From Myxococcota bacterium (GTDB taxonomy: Bacteria > Myxococcota > JACRCW01), in NCBI GenBank assembly GCA_040752415.1, contig JBFMGU010000122.1, positions 1 to 31,468 of the forward strand: a DNA stretch of 31,468 nt. Direction: 5' to 3'. Positions 16,874 to 26,926 of the stretch are shown here, in pieces. The notes below the pieces were generated by a model. The model was not told the DNA's origin. It ran no database searches and worked only from the letters and a program-made list of their open reading frames with translations. Both the position numbers and the translations under genes were made by a program. Position 1 is the first letter of the stretch; every line of letters starts with the position of its first letter.

Positions 16874-16970
16874 CGCGCGCTCAACGATAGGCTGGGACCA
16901 ACCGGTGTCTGGGACCCGCGGACGTAGCGTCGGAGACTCAGAGAGTTTCACCAGACTTGGAGGCTGCTCG

Positions 16971-18029
16971 ATGAGCAGGCGTGTGCCCCGGTCCCTGCAC
17001 GCGACGCTTGATGCGACGGTGGCAGCAGGCGCCGACACGGTCGAGGACAGCGGCGGCGGCGAGCGCCCGCTGGTCGCCAACGTCCGGCGGCGAGTCCCTC
17101 CGACGACGCACGCGAGGCAACGCGCCTGTTGGATCTCCGTCTTCATCACGGCGTGGGCGTGTGTCGGTTCCGCGTTTGCGGGTGAAACCGCCGTCTTGCC
17201 AACGTTGGCGGTGTTGGGACTGGAGGCACGGCAGGGCGTTCACCAGGACGTCGCACTGCTCTTGACGGACAACCTGGTCAGCGCGCTGCGCAAGTCCCGT
17301 CGCTTCTCCCGGGTCGTGGCGTCGGCGGAGATCCAGGACACGCTCAGCTTTGAGCTCCAACGGCAGGCCATCAACTGTGACGCCACGTCGTGTATCCGCG
17401 AGATCGCTGGCGCGCTGGGTGTTGACTACATCGTGACCGGCAACCTTGGCAGGCTGGGGGGCACGTGGCTCTTCAATGCCCGGCTCATCAACATCCGCAC
17501 GGCGGTCGCGGAAGGAGCCGTGAGTCGCCCCGTGGAGGGCAATGACGAAGGGGCGCTGCTTGGCGCCGTCGACAAGATCGTCGTGGAGTTGCTCGCGGAC
17601 TCCAAAGTGCCCCCGGCTCCGGCAGGCGCGGAGCCAGTGCCATCTGTGCCGGTTCCCGTCATGCCCAACCGCAGCGAAGCCGCTCCGCAGGTACCAGCGA
17701 AGACCTCCGGCACCACGGCCGAACCATCAGGGGGACCGGGCAGAACCTCCGGACCGACGAAGCGCAATGTGCCAGCGCAGGTGGTCCGCGTTGGGGGAGC
17801 GGCTGGGTTGGTGTTCGCGGTTGCGGCGGTGGCGGTGGCGGCGGCGGGTGGCGTTGCGTCCGGCGGCCTCTACGCGCTGTACACGTGGGTACCCGGATTC
17901 GTGCAGCAGCGCGATGTGTTCCAGGTCCTGATCTTCGTTGGCCTCGCGGTGCTTGGCCTTGGCGTCGCTTCAGCGTTGTTAGCCTCCGCGGCGGGCGCCG
18001 CCGGAATCAGTGCTTCATTCCTGCTGTGA
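16971..18029 (+). CDS. Hypothetical exported protein with CsgG/TolB-N-like alpha/beta domain and C-terminal hydrophobic helices
   Basis: GGAGG 7 nt before ATG 16971 (start uncertain); LAVLGLEA...CDATSCIREIAGALGVDYIVTGNLGRLG...ARLIN; Pro-rich linker; two Gly/Ala-rich hydrophobic segments. Confidence 0.7.
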   Translation: MSRRVPRSLHATLDATVAAGADTVEDSGGGERPLVANVRRRVPPTTHARQRACWISVFITAWACVGSAFAGETAVLPTLAVLGLEARQGVHQDVALLLTDNLVSALRKSRRFSRVVASAEIQDTLSFELQRQAINCDATSCIREIAGALGVDYIVTGNLGRLGGTWLFNARLINIRTAVAEGAVSRPVEGNDEGALLGAVDKIVVELLADSKVPPAPAGAEPVPSVPVPVMPNRSEAAPQVPAKTSGTTAEPSGGPGRTSGPTKRNVPAQVVRVGGAAGLVFAVAAVAVAAAGGVASGGLYALYTWVPGFVQQRDVFQVLIFVGLAVLGLGVASALLASAAGAAGISASFLL

Positions 18030-18046
18030 ACATGGGAGGTGGCGAG

Positions 18047-20692
18047 ATGCGGGCATTCGTGCGGCACAGCTTGTTGCTGGCATCAACATCCACGCTGGGC
18101 GCCCTCTTCGGGTGTCTGGGGGACGCGGCGTGCAACAAGGATGGAGACTGCCTCAACGGACAGGTCTGCGACACTTCCGCGCGCCGCTGCACCAGCGCGG
18201 TGAGCAGCTCCTCGGGTGGAGGCTCCTCTTCCCAGGGGTCCACCACGTCATCGTCGGGTGATTCCTCCAGCGCCTTCAACAGTTCAACCGGTTCCTCCTC
18301 CACGTCCTCCACGACGTCATCCGCTTCCTTGACCTCGTCGAGCGCATCGTTGTCCTCAAGCTCCTCCAGCGGTGGCATGGGATCCACCAGCTCCTCGGGC
18401 TCTTCCGGCAATCCGGGCTCGTCGAGCGCGTCCAGCACCGCCAGCTCATCCAGCAGCGGAAGCAGCACCACATCAGCGTCGCTGACCAGCTCGTCCAGCT
18501 CCACCGGCTCGTCCAGCAGTGGCGCGACCGGGTCGAGCTCATCCTCGGGTCAGGCGAGCAACTCGTCGAGCAGCGCTTCATCTTCCAGCGGCGGTGCCAC
18601 GACATCCTCCAGCACCACCAGCAGTTCTTCGTCGAGCGGAGCACCTTCTTCCTCGACGAGCTCATCCTCGGGTGCGCCGGTGCCGGCGTGGGCCGACTGC
18701 AACGCCGACGCGATGGATGGCGAGGAGACGCCCCTTTTCTACAACTCCGCGCACTGCGGGGCGTGCAACGTGAGCGTGGATGAACCGTTTGCCCCTACCG
18801 GCTTTGGCTACTGCGACGCGGGAACGCCACGCCTCCTTGGCTGCGAGCTGGGCTGGCGAGCCAACGTCGACGGCACCGCGTGCGACGTGTGTGACTCCTA
18901 CCTGGGCGGAGCGGATGTCCCGGACAACGGGCTCGACGAGAACTGCACTTCCGGGGATAGCACCGCAGATGAGTCGCGCGGCTTCTTCGTGGACGCGGTG
19001 AACGGCGAGGATGCGGCGGACCGCGGCACCCGGGCAGCTCCGTTCCGCACCCTGGTTGGGGTCATGGACTACGGGTGGCCGGCCAGTCCCAACAGGAAGG
19101 AGCTCTACCTCGCGGCAGGGACCTACGCGGACACGCTGGTGGCTCCGCAGGGTGCGCAGGTCCATGGAGGCTTCATCAACAACAACGGAACCTGGTCCCG
19201 CTCCAGCGACCGTTCGCTCACCGTCATCACCGCCGGGACGGGGTTCGACTTCCGTCACCCTTCCACCACCACCCCCGCGCTCTACGTCGTCGACACGCTC
19301 ACCATTCGCCAACCGGGCGCGGGCCCATACCGTGCCATCCACTACGCAGGCTATGTGCGGCTATACGTTCAGGAGGTCGACATCGAGTTGCAGGGCAACA
19401 ATTGCTACGGCGTCTCGCCCGAGCATCCCGCGGACCAGGGTGTCATCGAAGGCTACGTGGGCATCTTCAACGTGAACGTGGCCGGGCCGCCAGAGTGCTA
19501 CGCGCTGGGTGGCGCGGACCCGGGGTACGGCGTGTCGACCAACGTGCAACTTCGCGCCTACGGGGTCAACTCCTCGGCCCAGTTCGGCAACTCCTATCCC
19601 GCCGCCAGCACCTGGACATTCACCCGCGTGACGGCGCCACGGTTCATGGCACAGAGCACCACCAGCACGCGAATCGAGTTGTCCTCGTTTCCGGCCACAT
19701 GGAACAACTTGGGTAACGACAACTACGCGGACATCAACGATCCCACCTTCCTTGCCTACCGGAGCACGCTCGGTCCAACCCGCACCAAGTGCTCGCTGAG
19801 CTCCATCTGCGTCGCCCACGACGTGTCGCTCACGGGCGCCAGCAGCGACGGCTGGATCTACATGGCGTCATTCCTGGGTGGCTCCCTCGACGTGACTGGG
19901 AGCGTGGTGGACATCGGCCTCATCCACAACGCGGATATCCAGGGAAGGGGGCCTTCAACGGGGTATCTCAACGGACACGAGATCCAGGACTCTCACCTCT
20001 GGCTTAGCGGCAACGAGGCCATCCAGAGATCGGCTTCCTACTTCGACGTCGCGGTCTTCGAGCGAAACCGGGTAAGAGGCGGTGCGGTGTTCAACCCCAC
20101 CATGACCCTGATCCGCAACAACGTGTTCCAGGGGTCGAGCACCGGAGCCGTCGTCACGCTTTACGGCGACAACTATTCGGTACCCACGTTCACGTTCTCC
20201 AACAACACCGTCCTGTCCACCGCCGGCGCAAGTTGCCTCGGCGTGAGGGCCTCGGGACCCTTGCAGACGCTGGCGTACAACAACGTCGTGGCGTGTACCT
20301 CAACGACGGCGGGAAACCGGGTTGCTCTCGAGGAGTCCGACACTTCAGCAGAGTTCCTCGGCATCCAGAACAACGTGCTCGCGGGTGTGGACGTGCTCTT
20401 CAAGGACGAGGGCGCCACCAGCATCAGCAGCCTCACGGTCCTCAACACCTCCGCCAGCCTCAATGCCGACGGCCGGGGTGGCAACACGAAGCTGCCCAGC
20501 GCGGATGACGTGCTGTTCGTGGACCTGCTCAACCTTGACCTGCGTGTGATGGAGAGCAGCCCGGCCGTGAACGGCGGAACCAACACTTCTGAGGAAGCCA
20601 AGGGCGGCGTCACCGAGGACATTCTCCTGCAGGCTCGCCCGTGCGGCTCTGCCCATGACGTCGGTGCGTATGAGCATTGCACGGGTCCTTGA
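18047..20692 (+). CDS. Ser-rich surface lipoprotein with Cys-rich modules, DUF1565-like start, parallel beta-helix and choice-of-anchor-Q-like C-terminus
   Basis: GGAGGT RBS; lipobox LFGC; ~160-aa Ser/Thr/Gly linker; DNGLDENC; FVDAVNG.D...GTRAAPFRTL; IRNNVF/FSNNTV/AYNNVV/IQNNVL rungs; DLRV..SSPAVNGG...DVGAYE. Confidence 0.8.
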   Translation: MRAFVRHSLLLASTSTLGALFGCLGDAACNKDGDCLNGQVCDTSARRCTSAVSSSSGGGSSSQGSTTSSSGDSSSAFNSSTGSSSTSSTTSSASLTSSSASLSSSSSSGGMGSTSSSGSSGNPGSSSASSTASSSSSGSSTTSASLTSSSSSTGSSSSGATGSSSSSGQASNSSSSASSSSGGATTSSSTTSSSSSSGAPSSSTSSSSGAPVPAWADCNADAMDGEETPLFYNSAHCGACNVSVDEPFAPTGFGYCDAGTPRLLGCELGWRANVDGTACDVCDSYLGGADVPDNGLDENCTSGDSTADESRGFFVDAVNGEDAADRGTRAAPFRTLVGVMDYGWPASPNRKELYLAAGTYADTLVAPQGAQVHGGFINNNGTWSRSSDRSLTVITAGTGFDFRHPSTTTPALYVVDTLTIRQPGAGPYRAIHYAGYVRLYVQEVDIELQGNNCYGVSPEHPADQGVIEGYVGIFNVNVAGPPECYALGGADPGYGVSTNVQLRAYGVNSSAQFGNSYPAASTWTFTRVTAPRFMAQSTTSTRIELSSFPATWNNLGNDNYADINDPTFLAYRSTLGPTRTKCSLSSICVAHDVSLTGASSDGWIYMASFLGGSLDVTGSVVDIGLIHNADIQGRGPSTGYLNGHEIQDSHLWLSGNEAIQRSASYFDVAVFERNRVRGGAVFNPTMTLIRNNVFQGSSTGAVVTLYGDNYSVPTFTFSNNTVLSTAGASCLGVRASGPLQTLAYNNVVACTSTTAGNRVALEESDTSAEFLGIQNNVLAGVDVLFKDEGATSISSLTVLNTSASLNADGRGGNTKLPSADDVLFVDLLNLDLRVMESSPAVNGGTNTSEEAKGGVTEDILLQARPCGSAHDVGAYEHCTGP

Positions 20693-21004
20693 CCGCGTTG
20701 TGGCAAGCGCCGTGCCTGAGATCACCTCGTCGCAGATCGCCTGCCGCCGAACGGAGGCACTCCGCCCGACCGGTCAACTCTGCTCCGGTGGGCGGCGGGT
20801 GGCGCGTCCGCCGGTCGGCGATGTCCATCCCCACAAATTCGCCACTGGCCCCGGGACCCAGCGGGGAGGGTGTGCGTCGCGCAAACGCTGCGCGAATCCC
20901 AGCGAAGCGCTCGCTCATCACATCGTCGCGAACGCGCGAGGTTGCACTTTGGCCACGGGCCATGCTCTGTGGCTGGCTCGAATCCAGGGGGTGCGGGTGG
21001 AGAG

Positions 21005-23104
21005 ATGTGGACTCACAGCATCCGCTGGAAGCTCGGTGCCTTCGCTGCGGTCCTGCTCGCGCTAAGCTTCGTGGTCGCGGGCGCGGCCTATGCGTTTGCG
21101 TCCCGTCTGCAGGGCGACGCCGCGGTTCTCAACACCGCCGGGCGGCAACGCATGCTGTCCCAGCGCATGGCACGCGATGCATTCTCGGTCGTGGCAGGCA
21201 TCGACGAGGCGGAGGCGCGCGCGTCGCTTCGTAGCGCTGTTGAGACGTTTGACCAGACGCTGCAGTCACTGATGCGGCTGCAACCCGGCACCGCGGCGGA
21301 CGCCGCCGTTCTCTCCAAGCTTCAAGACGTGGAGCAGCGCTGGAATCAATTGAAGGCGGCGGTCCTGGTTGTGGCGGCGACGCCACGGGCAAGCGAGGAG
21401 CTGCAGCGCGCCATGGTGAATGTCCGACCCGCGGTGGAAGCGCTGGTTCAGCAACTCGACGAGACCGTGGCCATCTACGAGAGCCTGTCACGGGACAAGG
21501 TGAACCAACTGCAGCGAATGGTCGGCTGGGCGGTGTTGCTCGCGTTGCTCGTGGCCATGCTTGGCTGGGCGGCCACGGGAGCCCTTGTGATCGCCCCCGT
21601 GAAACGCCTCGTGGCGAGCGCCATGCGGCTTGCGGACGGGGACCTGGACCAAGCACCGGTGTTCCAGGGCTACGACGAGGTGGGCGATGCGGGCAGGAGC
21701 CTGCGTCTGGTGATCGACGCGCTCAACAGCATGATCACCAGCATCCAGAACGTGTCGACGGAGATGGAGCGCACGTCCGCCCTGGTGCGCGCAGGAAGCA
21801 AGGCGGTCGTGACCAACGCCGAGCAACAGACGAACCTGGTGGACCACATGATCACGCTCCTGCGCGGGGAGGTCGACGCGGCATTCCGACGCATTTCCGA
21901 CGACGTGAGCCGGCTGGCCTCGGCCGCGCGGGCGGGAGCGTCGGCCACCCAGGAGCTTGAGCGGGCGATGGGCGAGCTCGCGGAAGGAACCGAGGCGCTG
22001 TCCAGCTCCATCGAGCAGACCGCAAGTGCCCAGGGAGAGCTGTCGACTTCCATGCAGTCCGTGGGGGAGAGCGTGACGGCACTGCTTGGTCAGATGGATG
22101 TCACGGAGGCCGCATTGCAGCGCATCAGTGGATCATTGACGGAGGTACAGGTCAGCACCGGGGAGACGGCGCGGCTTGCCGAGGCGGTGATTGATGACGC
22201 GCACGCTGGCCTGGTGGCAGTGCAGACAACCCGTGCCAGCAACGAAAGCATCCGCACCGTCACCGACGAAGGAAGGAATGCCATCCGTTCGCTCGACCGC
22301 CGCTTGCAGGAAATGGAGGGCATCATGGACGTGATCGAGAACGTTGCGCGTGAGACGAAGATCCTCTCGCTCAACGCAGCGCTCATCGCGAGCCAAGCGG
22401 GGGACCAGGGGGAGAGCTTCGCGGTGGTGGCGCAGCGTGTACGCGGGCTTGCCGAGCGCAGCGCGCGGTCGACCTACGACGTGGCCGAGCTGCTTGGTGG
22501 AATCCGCGCGGACTCCCGGCGGGCGGTGGAAGCGATGACGCGCGCGGGGGAGCAGGTGGACCAGGGTGTTGCGCTCTCCGGCAACGCGGTAGATGCGCTG
22601 GACAAGATCGTCGTCAGCGCGCGGCGTTCGACAGAGAGGGTCCAGGGAATCGCCCGTGCGTCCGTTGCGCAGGCCAAGGACAGCCGGTCCGCCGTGGCCG
22701 CGATGGAGCTGGCGCGAACCATGTGCGCACGAATCGCCTTGGCGATGGAGGAGCAGAGCAAGGGTGGAGCGACCATCAGCGGCGCGGCGGACAGGATCGA
22801 GACCATTGCGCAGCAGGCTCGCGACGCGACGAATCAGCAGGTTGTGGCCATTGCCCATATCCGCAAGCTCGGCGAGGAGGTGGGTGTGATGGTTCGCGGC
22901 GTTGAGCAGGTGGTGGAAGGGCATCAGCGGGCTCGCACTGAGCTGCTGGACACGGCCGGGATGGTGGTCGCACTGGCGCGCGACACGTCCGCACAGGCGC
23001 GCAAGACGGATGTGACCATTGACGAGATGGCCAGCCAGACGTCCGCGCTTGGCCAACGGGTGGCGCGGTTCCGCCTCCGCCGGGCAACCCCACTTGCAGG
23101 GTGA
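21005..23104 (+). CDS. Methyl-accepting chemotaxis protein with PilJ/NarX-like periplasmic sensor and HAMP domain
   Basis: Two TM helices; P-box-like LNTAGRQRMLSQR; HAMP (P..RL...A.RLADGDL...DEVG); signalling tip ETKILSLNAALIASQAG..G.SFAVVA..VRGLAERS. Confidence 0.9.
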   Translation: MWTHSIRWKLGAFAAVLLALSFVVAGAAYAFASRLQGDAAVLNTAGRQRMLSQRMARDAFSVVAGIDEAEARASLRSAVETFDQTLQSLMRLQPGTAADAAVLSKLQDVEQRWNQLKAAVLVVAATPRASEELQRAMVNVRPAVEALVQQLDETVAIYESLSRDKVNQLQRMVGWAVLLALLVAMLGWAATGALVIAPVKRLVASAMRLADGDLDQAPVFQGYDEVGDAGRSLRLVIDALNSMITSIQNVSTEMERTSALVRAGSKAVVTNAEQQTNLVDHMITLLRGEVDAAFRRISDDVSRLASAARAGASATQELERAMGELAEGTEALSSSIEQTASAQGELSTSMQSVGESVTALLGQMDVTEAALQRISGSLTEVQVSTGETARLAEAVIDDAHAGLVAVQTTRASNESIRTVTDEGRNAIRSLDRRLQEMEGIMDVIENVARETKILSLNAALIASQAGDQGESFAVVAQRVRGLAERSARSTYDVAELLGGIRADSRRAVEAMTRAGEQVDQGVALSGNAVDALDKIVVSARRSTERVQGIARASVAQAKDSRSAVAAMELARTMCARIALAMEEQSKGGATISGAADRIETIAQQARDATNQQVVAIAHIRKLGEEVGVMVRGVEQVVEGHQRARTELLDTAGMVVALARDTSAQARKTDVTIDEMASQTSALGQRVARFRLRRATPLAG

Positions 23105-23204
23105 CCCAACTCCCACTGGCGAGAACCGGAGGTTTTCAACAACCCTCTGGAACGTCGAGTTGACCCCTGACCCGCGGACGCCAAACCAGGAGCACATTTC
23201 GCAG

Positions 23205-24101
23205 TTAGCGCACCGTGACCCGGTGGACGACGACGGGGACCACGTTGGCGGCCAATGCGTCGCGCACGGTGGCGTAGTGATAGCGCACCACCAGGTCATC
23301 ACCGGGCTGGCATGCGGCCACGAGCACCCACGGTTCTCCTGGAACCAGGCGTTCATCCGCCAGGACCAGTGGCCCGTGTGGCGTGGTCTCCAGGGTCCGT
23401 CCCAGCGACGTCAGCAGCTCACTGTGCAGCTCGCCATGCAGCTCCACGTCAACACGTCGGAACAGGTCACCCGTGGGAACCCTGTGACCCACACGCGTGG
23501 CGGCTAGGCTAATCACGCAGATGTCTCCCAGGCGCTCCACGTCCACCGTCAACGCGCGTTGCAGCATCTCCACGTCGTGCGCGCCGGGGAAGGCATGGCT
23601 GCCTTCGGGCATGTGGCAGTCCACGCACGTCCTGGTGCTGCCGCTCTCCAGCCATTCCCGTACCGTACCCTGGGAGAGCTGGCCCCGATTCAGCGGGTGT
23701 TCCTCGAGGAACGCGAACTCGTGACACTGGGCACACAGGTTCTCGTCGAGCACGGGATTGTTGCCGTGGGCCTCGCCGTTGCGGACGTGACAGGCCGCGC
23801 AAGACACGCCCTCCGACGACAACGCGGAGTCCCGCTGTTCCACCAGTGGTGCATGGCAGTTGACGCATCGGTCCAGGGACTCCTTCTGGAGCGCCACCTG
23901 GAACAAGGCATTGCTGAAGGATTGCGCGTGTCGGGACGTTTGCCACTGCGCAACCGTTTCCTCGTGACAGTCGACGCAATCCGCGGCGCTGACATTGCGG
24001 CCTCCCACATCCAGCGGGGCCTGTCCGCGGGTGAGGAAGGGGACGCCATCGCTGCCGCCGGCGGTCGTCACCAGCACCAGGAACGCCGCAGGGACCCTCA
24101 C
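23205..24101 (-). CDS. Pentaheme cytochrome c (c554/c-552-like N-terminus)
   Basis: Five CxxCH motifs (CVDCH, CVNCH, CAACH, CAQCH, CVDCH); W..SRHA; GHRVPTGD..R; signal-like N-terminus; GTG start overlaps the upstream TGA (GTGA) after GGAGG. Confidence 0.85.
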   Translation of the reverse strand: MRVPAAFLVLVTTAGGSDGVPFLTRGQAPLDVGGRNVSAADCVDCHEETVAQWQTSRHAQSFSNALFQVALQKESLDRCVNCHAPLVEQRDSALSSEGVSCAACHVRNGEAHGNNPVLDENLCAQCHEFAFLEEHPLNRGQLSQGTVREWLESGSTRTCVDCHMPEGSHAFPGAHDVEMLQRALTVDVERLGDICVISLAATRVGHRVPTGDLFRRVDVELHGELHSELLTSLGRTLETTPHGPLVLADERLVPGEPWVLVAACQPGDDLVVRYHYATVRDALAANVVPVVVHRVTVR

Positions 24102-25834
24102 CGGAGGATGCCTCCCCACTCCACCACCGTGAATCCCCGACGAACCGGAGCGGTTGGCAGGTGCGGTGGGCGCAGCTCACGGGGAGCATCCAGGCCCGTG
24201 AAGTCCATCATGACGCGAAGCACCACGTCGGGCGTGGGAGTGATGTGCAACGGGGCCACCATGTCGACCAGCTCGGGCGGCAGGAAGCTGATCAGGAAAT
24301 AGGGATGGCCGCGCAACTGGGCCGACCAGTACTCGACGAAATCCACGGACTCCGTTTCATTGAGGCCGAGACGGGCCAAGACCTCCGTCAGGAACCGTGG
24401 GACCTCACCCACCGCCACCACGAAGCCTTCCTGGGGTGGTGGCAGGAGTACGGATGTGCCGCGCCAGTACAGGTAGCGGTGAGATGAACCGTCGGATGCG
24501 GTGAGCACACCGTCGTCGTCGATCCAGACGCTGAAGCCACAACCCACGAGCTCCGGGACCGACTCGGTGACGTGGATGAGGGGATCCAGTTCCACGCGCG
24601 CGTGCATGGGTGTTGCGGAGTAGAGGTAGATGAGTGGCTCCGCGAAGGTCGGCACCCGGAGAGACTTGTTCTCGCACTCCACGACCTGCCCGAACGCGTC
24701 CACCCAGTAGGCCACCGGGTGCCGAGCGAAGAAGCCGCTGTCCTTCATGTCGTGGGCCTGCAGCTCCGGTTGCGCAAAGAGCAGGAAGCCTTCGTCCACG
24801 CCGCGCTTCAACTTCGACCACGCCTGCTTGTGCTCGTCGAGAAGCGTGCGCGCCCGTGCGTGGTTGGGGTCCCGGTGCACCAGGAACGCTCCCAGTTCCC
24901 TGTGCTGCTTCCACGGCTTGAGTTCCCGAGTGTCGACGGTGTTCGTGTACTGGGCGCCCTCCGGGCCCATTCCCTCGCGCTTACCCGGCTCGCGGAAGCA
25001 GGTGAAGGAGTCACCATCCACGCCGAATTCCAGGAGCTTCATGATGTCCTGGTACTCGTAGCGGGAGGCGCTCCCGTCGCTGTGCTGGAGGAAGAGCCAC
25101 GGTCCCTTCATCCGCACCTTGCCCCAGCCGGGAACCGTGCCTACCGGTCGCGCGTCATTCGGCACCAAGCTCACAACGCCATGGAAGCCGTGTTTCAGCC
25201 CGCCCATCGGTAGCTCACAGGGGCCGGGGCCAAGGCCGGTCACCACGTCGTCCACCCGGTCCCGGATGGTCATCCCCATCTCGCTGAGGAGGTGGCGGAA
25301 CGCTTCGTCATCGGGAAACGGATCGGACACGGCGCTCAGGAGGATGGCGTGGTCACCCACCAGCAGCAGGCGCTGCAGGGAGAGGACGTGGCCATCACAG
25401 AGGCCTGCCACGCAGCGCCGGTCGGTCCCCCACGCCGTGGACTGGACCAGCATCAGCCTGGCTCCACGCCTTCGTATCGACGTCACCACGCCCACCTCCA
25501 TCACGGTGACCTCGTGGTGCAGCTCACGCTGGCCCTGCTGGATGTGCTGTTTGCGCTTTTGAGAGGGCTTGCGGGTGGTGTGCCATTGCACTTCCAGGGG
25601 GTTGTCCGACGTTGCAGGCTGTCCCCGACACGCGGGCCGCGGAAAGCGGATCCTAAACTCTTCGTATTCCCGGACCGCGGGCGGGGGCTGCGCGCTGACC
25701 ACGGGGCTGGGAGCGGCGCCCGACGGGGAGGACGCATCCGCAAGGACCGCCGCATCCGGTGCCGACGGGGCTGGTCCACCTCGGCATCCCATCACGCCAA
25801 GCAGCATGGTCACCAGGGCGAGGAGTCGCCTCAT
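24098..25834 (-). CDS. Hypothetical lipoprotein with conserved C-terminal 'PxIYLY...YLYW...EWGG' domain
   Basis: Signal MRRLLALVTMLLGVMGC; C-terminal EPLIYLY, YLYWRG, LGLNETESVDFVEYW, ITPTPDVVLRV, RRGFTVVEWGG. Confidence 0.8.
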   Translation of the reverse strand: MRRLLALVTMLLGVMGCRGGPAPSAPDAAVLADASSPSGAAPSPVVSAQPPPAVREYEEFRIRFPRPACRGQPATSDNPLEVQWHTTRKPSQKRKQHIQQGQRELHHEVTVMEVGVVTSIRRRGARLMLVQSTAWGTDRRCVAGLCDGHVLSLQRLLLVGDHAILLSAVSDPFPDDEAFRHLLSEMGMTIRDRVDDVVTGLGPGPCELPMGGLKHGFHGVVSLVPNDARPVGTVPGWGKVRMKGPWLFLQHSDGSASRYEYQDIMKLLEFGVDGDSFTCFREPGKREGMGPEGAQYTNTVDTRELKPWKQHRELGAFLVHRDPNHARARTLLDEHKQAWSKLKRGVDEGFLLFAQPELQAHDMKDSGFFARHPVAYWVDAFGQVVECENKSLRVPTFAEPLIYLYSATPMHARVELDPLIHVTESVPELVGCGFSVWIDDDGVLTASDGSSHRYLYWRGTSVLLPPPQEGFVVAVGEVPRFLTEVLARLGLNETESVDFVEYWSAQLRGHPYFLISFLPPELVDMVAPLHITPTPDVVLRVMMDFTGLDAPRELRPPHLPTAPVRRGFTVVEWGGILR

Positions 25835-26214
25835 GCGGCAAGCATCGCATCGACCCGAAGCGTTGGACATCAAGCGCGTCCGCCCCGTCCGTTCACGGCT
25901 CGACGCCGCTGCTGTCCCAGGCAGACAGCGCGCGCGAAATCGCGCGAGCAACGATGGACGTCGTTGCACGTTGACGGAGCCGCGCCACAGCACCTGCGGC
26001 GTGGTGCGCTGCCAGGCGCACGGAGTGAAGCACCACCCGCCGACGCCAACGCAGCCGCAAACACGCAACACCCGCGTGCCGCATTCCGCTGACGACGACG
26101 CTGACGCCCGCCGGGTTGCCGTTCCGACGGGGAGAGGTACATCGAACCACATTGACGCACCCTGAAGCGGCAGCGCCCTAGCTGCCTGTTTGTGCGACCT
26201 CCAAGGAGCAGACC

Positions 26215-26916
26215 ATGGCAGGCAATCCTGAACGTGGCGTCGGCAACGGGAAGAACCAGCGCCCCACCACGGGGCAGAGCGGCTACCAGGATCCGCGGTT
26301 CAGTGCGGGGACCCGTGAAGCAGGCGGGAGCCCGGAGCCCGCCAGCAAGGTGACCGGCAATGAGTACCCCGCGCCCAACATCACGCCGGGCAATGAGGGC
26401 TTCCGCAATCCGTCCGAGGAGCAGTTCGGGCGCCAGGAAGGAGAGCCGTACCGCAGCCAGGGACAGGGCGCGTTCGCAACGTCGCCGGGCGGTGGCGGTG
26501 GGGTCGTGGAGGGATTCCAGCCGCGTCGCGGCGAGGTGGGTTTCGGCGAGGAGGTCCGCGGCGGACCGGAGCCAACCAGTGAAGCGCGCGAGCACGTGCG
26601 ACGCATTGGCTACATGGCGCGCGACCGCCTGGTGAAGACCGCCAATGATCGAAAGAGCACGTTCGCCCACCAGCTCGATGGCGTGGCCTCCATGCTCGAC
26701 GACGTCACCAAGGCGTCCGGTGCCGAGGCGGGACCTGAGCAGAAGCTGGCCAGCACCGCCGCCAACGCCATCCGTCAGGTGAGCCATTCGCTCAATTCCC
26801 GCTCCGCCGAGGAGATCCTGGACATCCTTGATCACGAGCTGCGCGCGCGTCCCGGCGTGGCCATTGCAGGATGCCTGGTGCTGGGGTTCCTGGGCGCCCG
26901 CTTCCTACGGACCTGA
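26215..26916 (+). CDS. Hypothetical tail-anchored protein (ElaB/YqjD/DUF883-like C-terminus)
   Basis: AAGGAG RBS; hydrophilic disordered N-terminus; C-terminal RARPGVAIAGCLVLGFLGARFLR. Confidence 0.75.
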   Translation: MAGNPERGVGNGKNQRPTTGQSGYQDPRFSAGTREAGGSPEPASKVTGNEYPAPNITPGNEGFRNPSEEQFGRQEGEPYRSQGQGAFATSPGGGGGVVEGFQPRRGEVGFGEEVRGGPEPTSEAREHVRRIGYMARDRLVKTANDRKSTFAHQLDGVASMLDDVTKASGAEAGPEQKLASTAANAIRQVSHSLNSRSAEEILDILDHELRARPGVAIAGCLVLGFLGARFLRT

Positions 26917-26926
26917 GGAGGACGTC

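Noticed and set aside
20949..20966. Sigma-54 promoter before the chemoreceptor (TGGCCACGGGCCATGCT)
   Set aside because: GG-to-GC spacing is 11 nt rather than the required 10.
23107..23162. Hairpin between convergent chemoreceptor and cytochrome genes
   Set aside because: Imperfect stems and no U-tract; too weak to call.
26050..26125. c-di-GMP-I riboswitch (GCAAA...GGGTTGCCG)
   Set aside because: The GNRA-capped P2 stem and GACGCAAAGC junction are not present.
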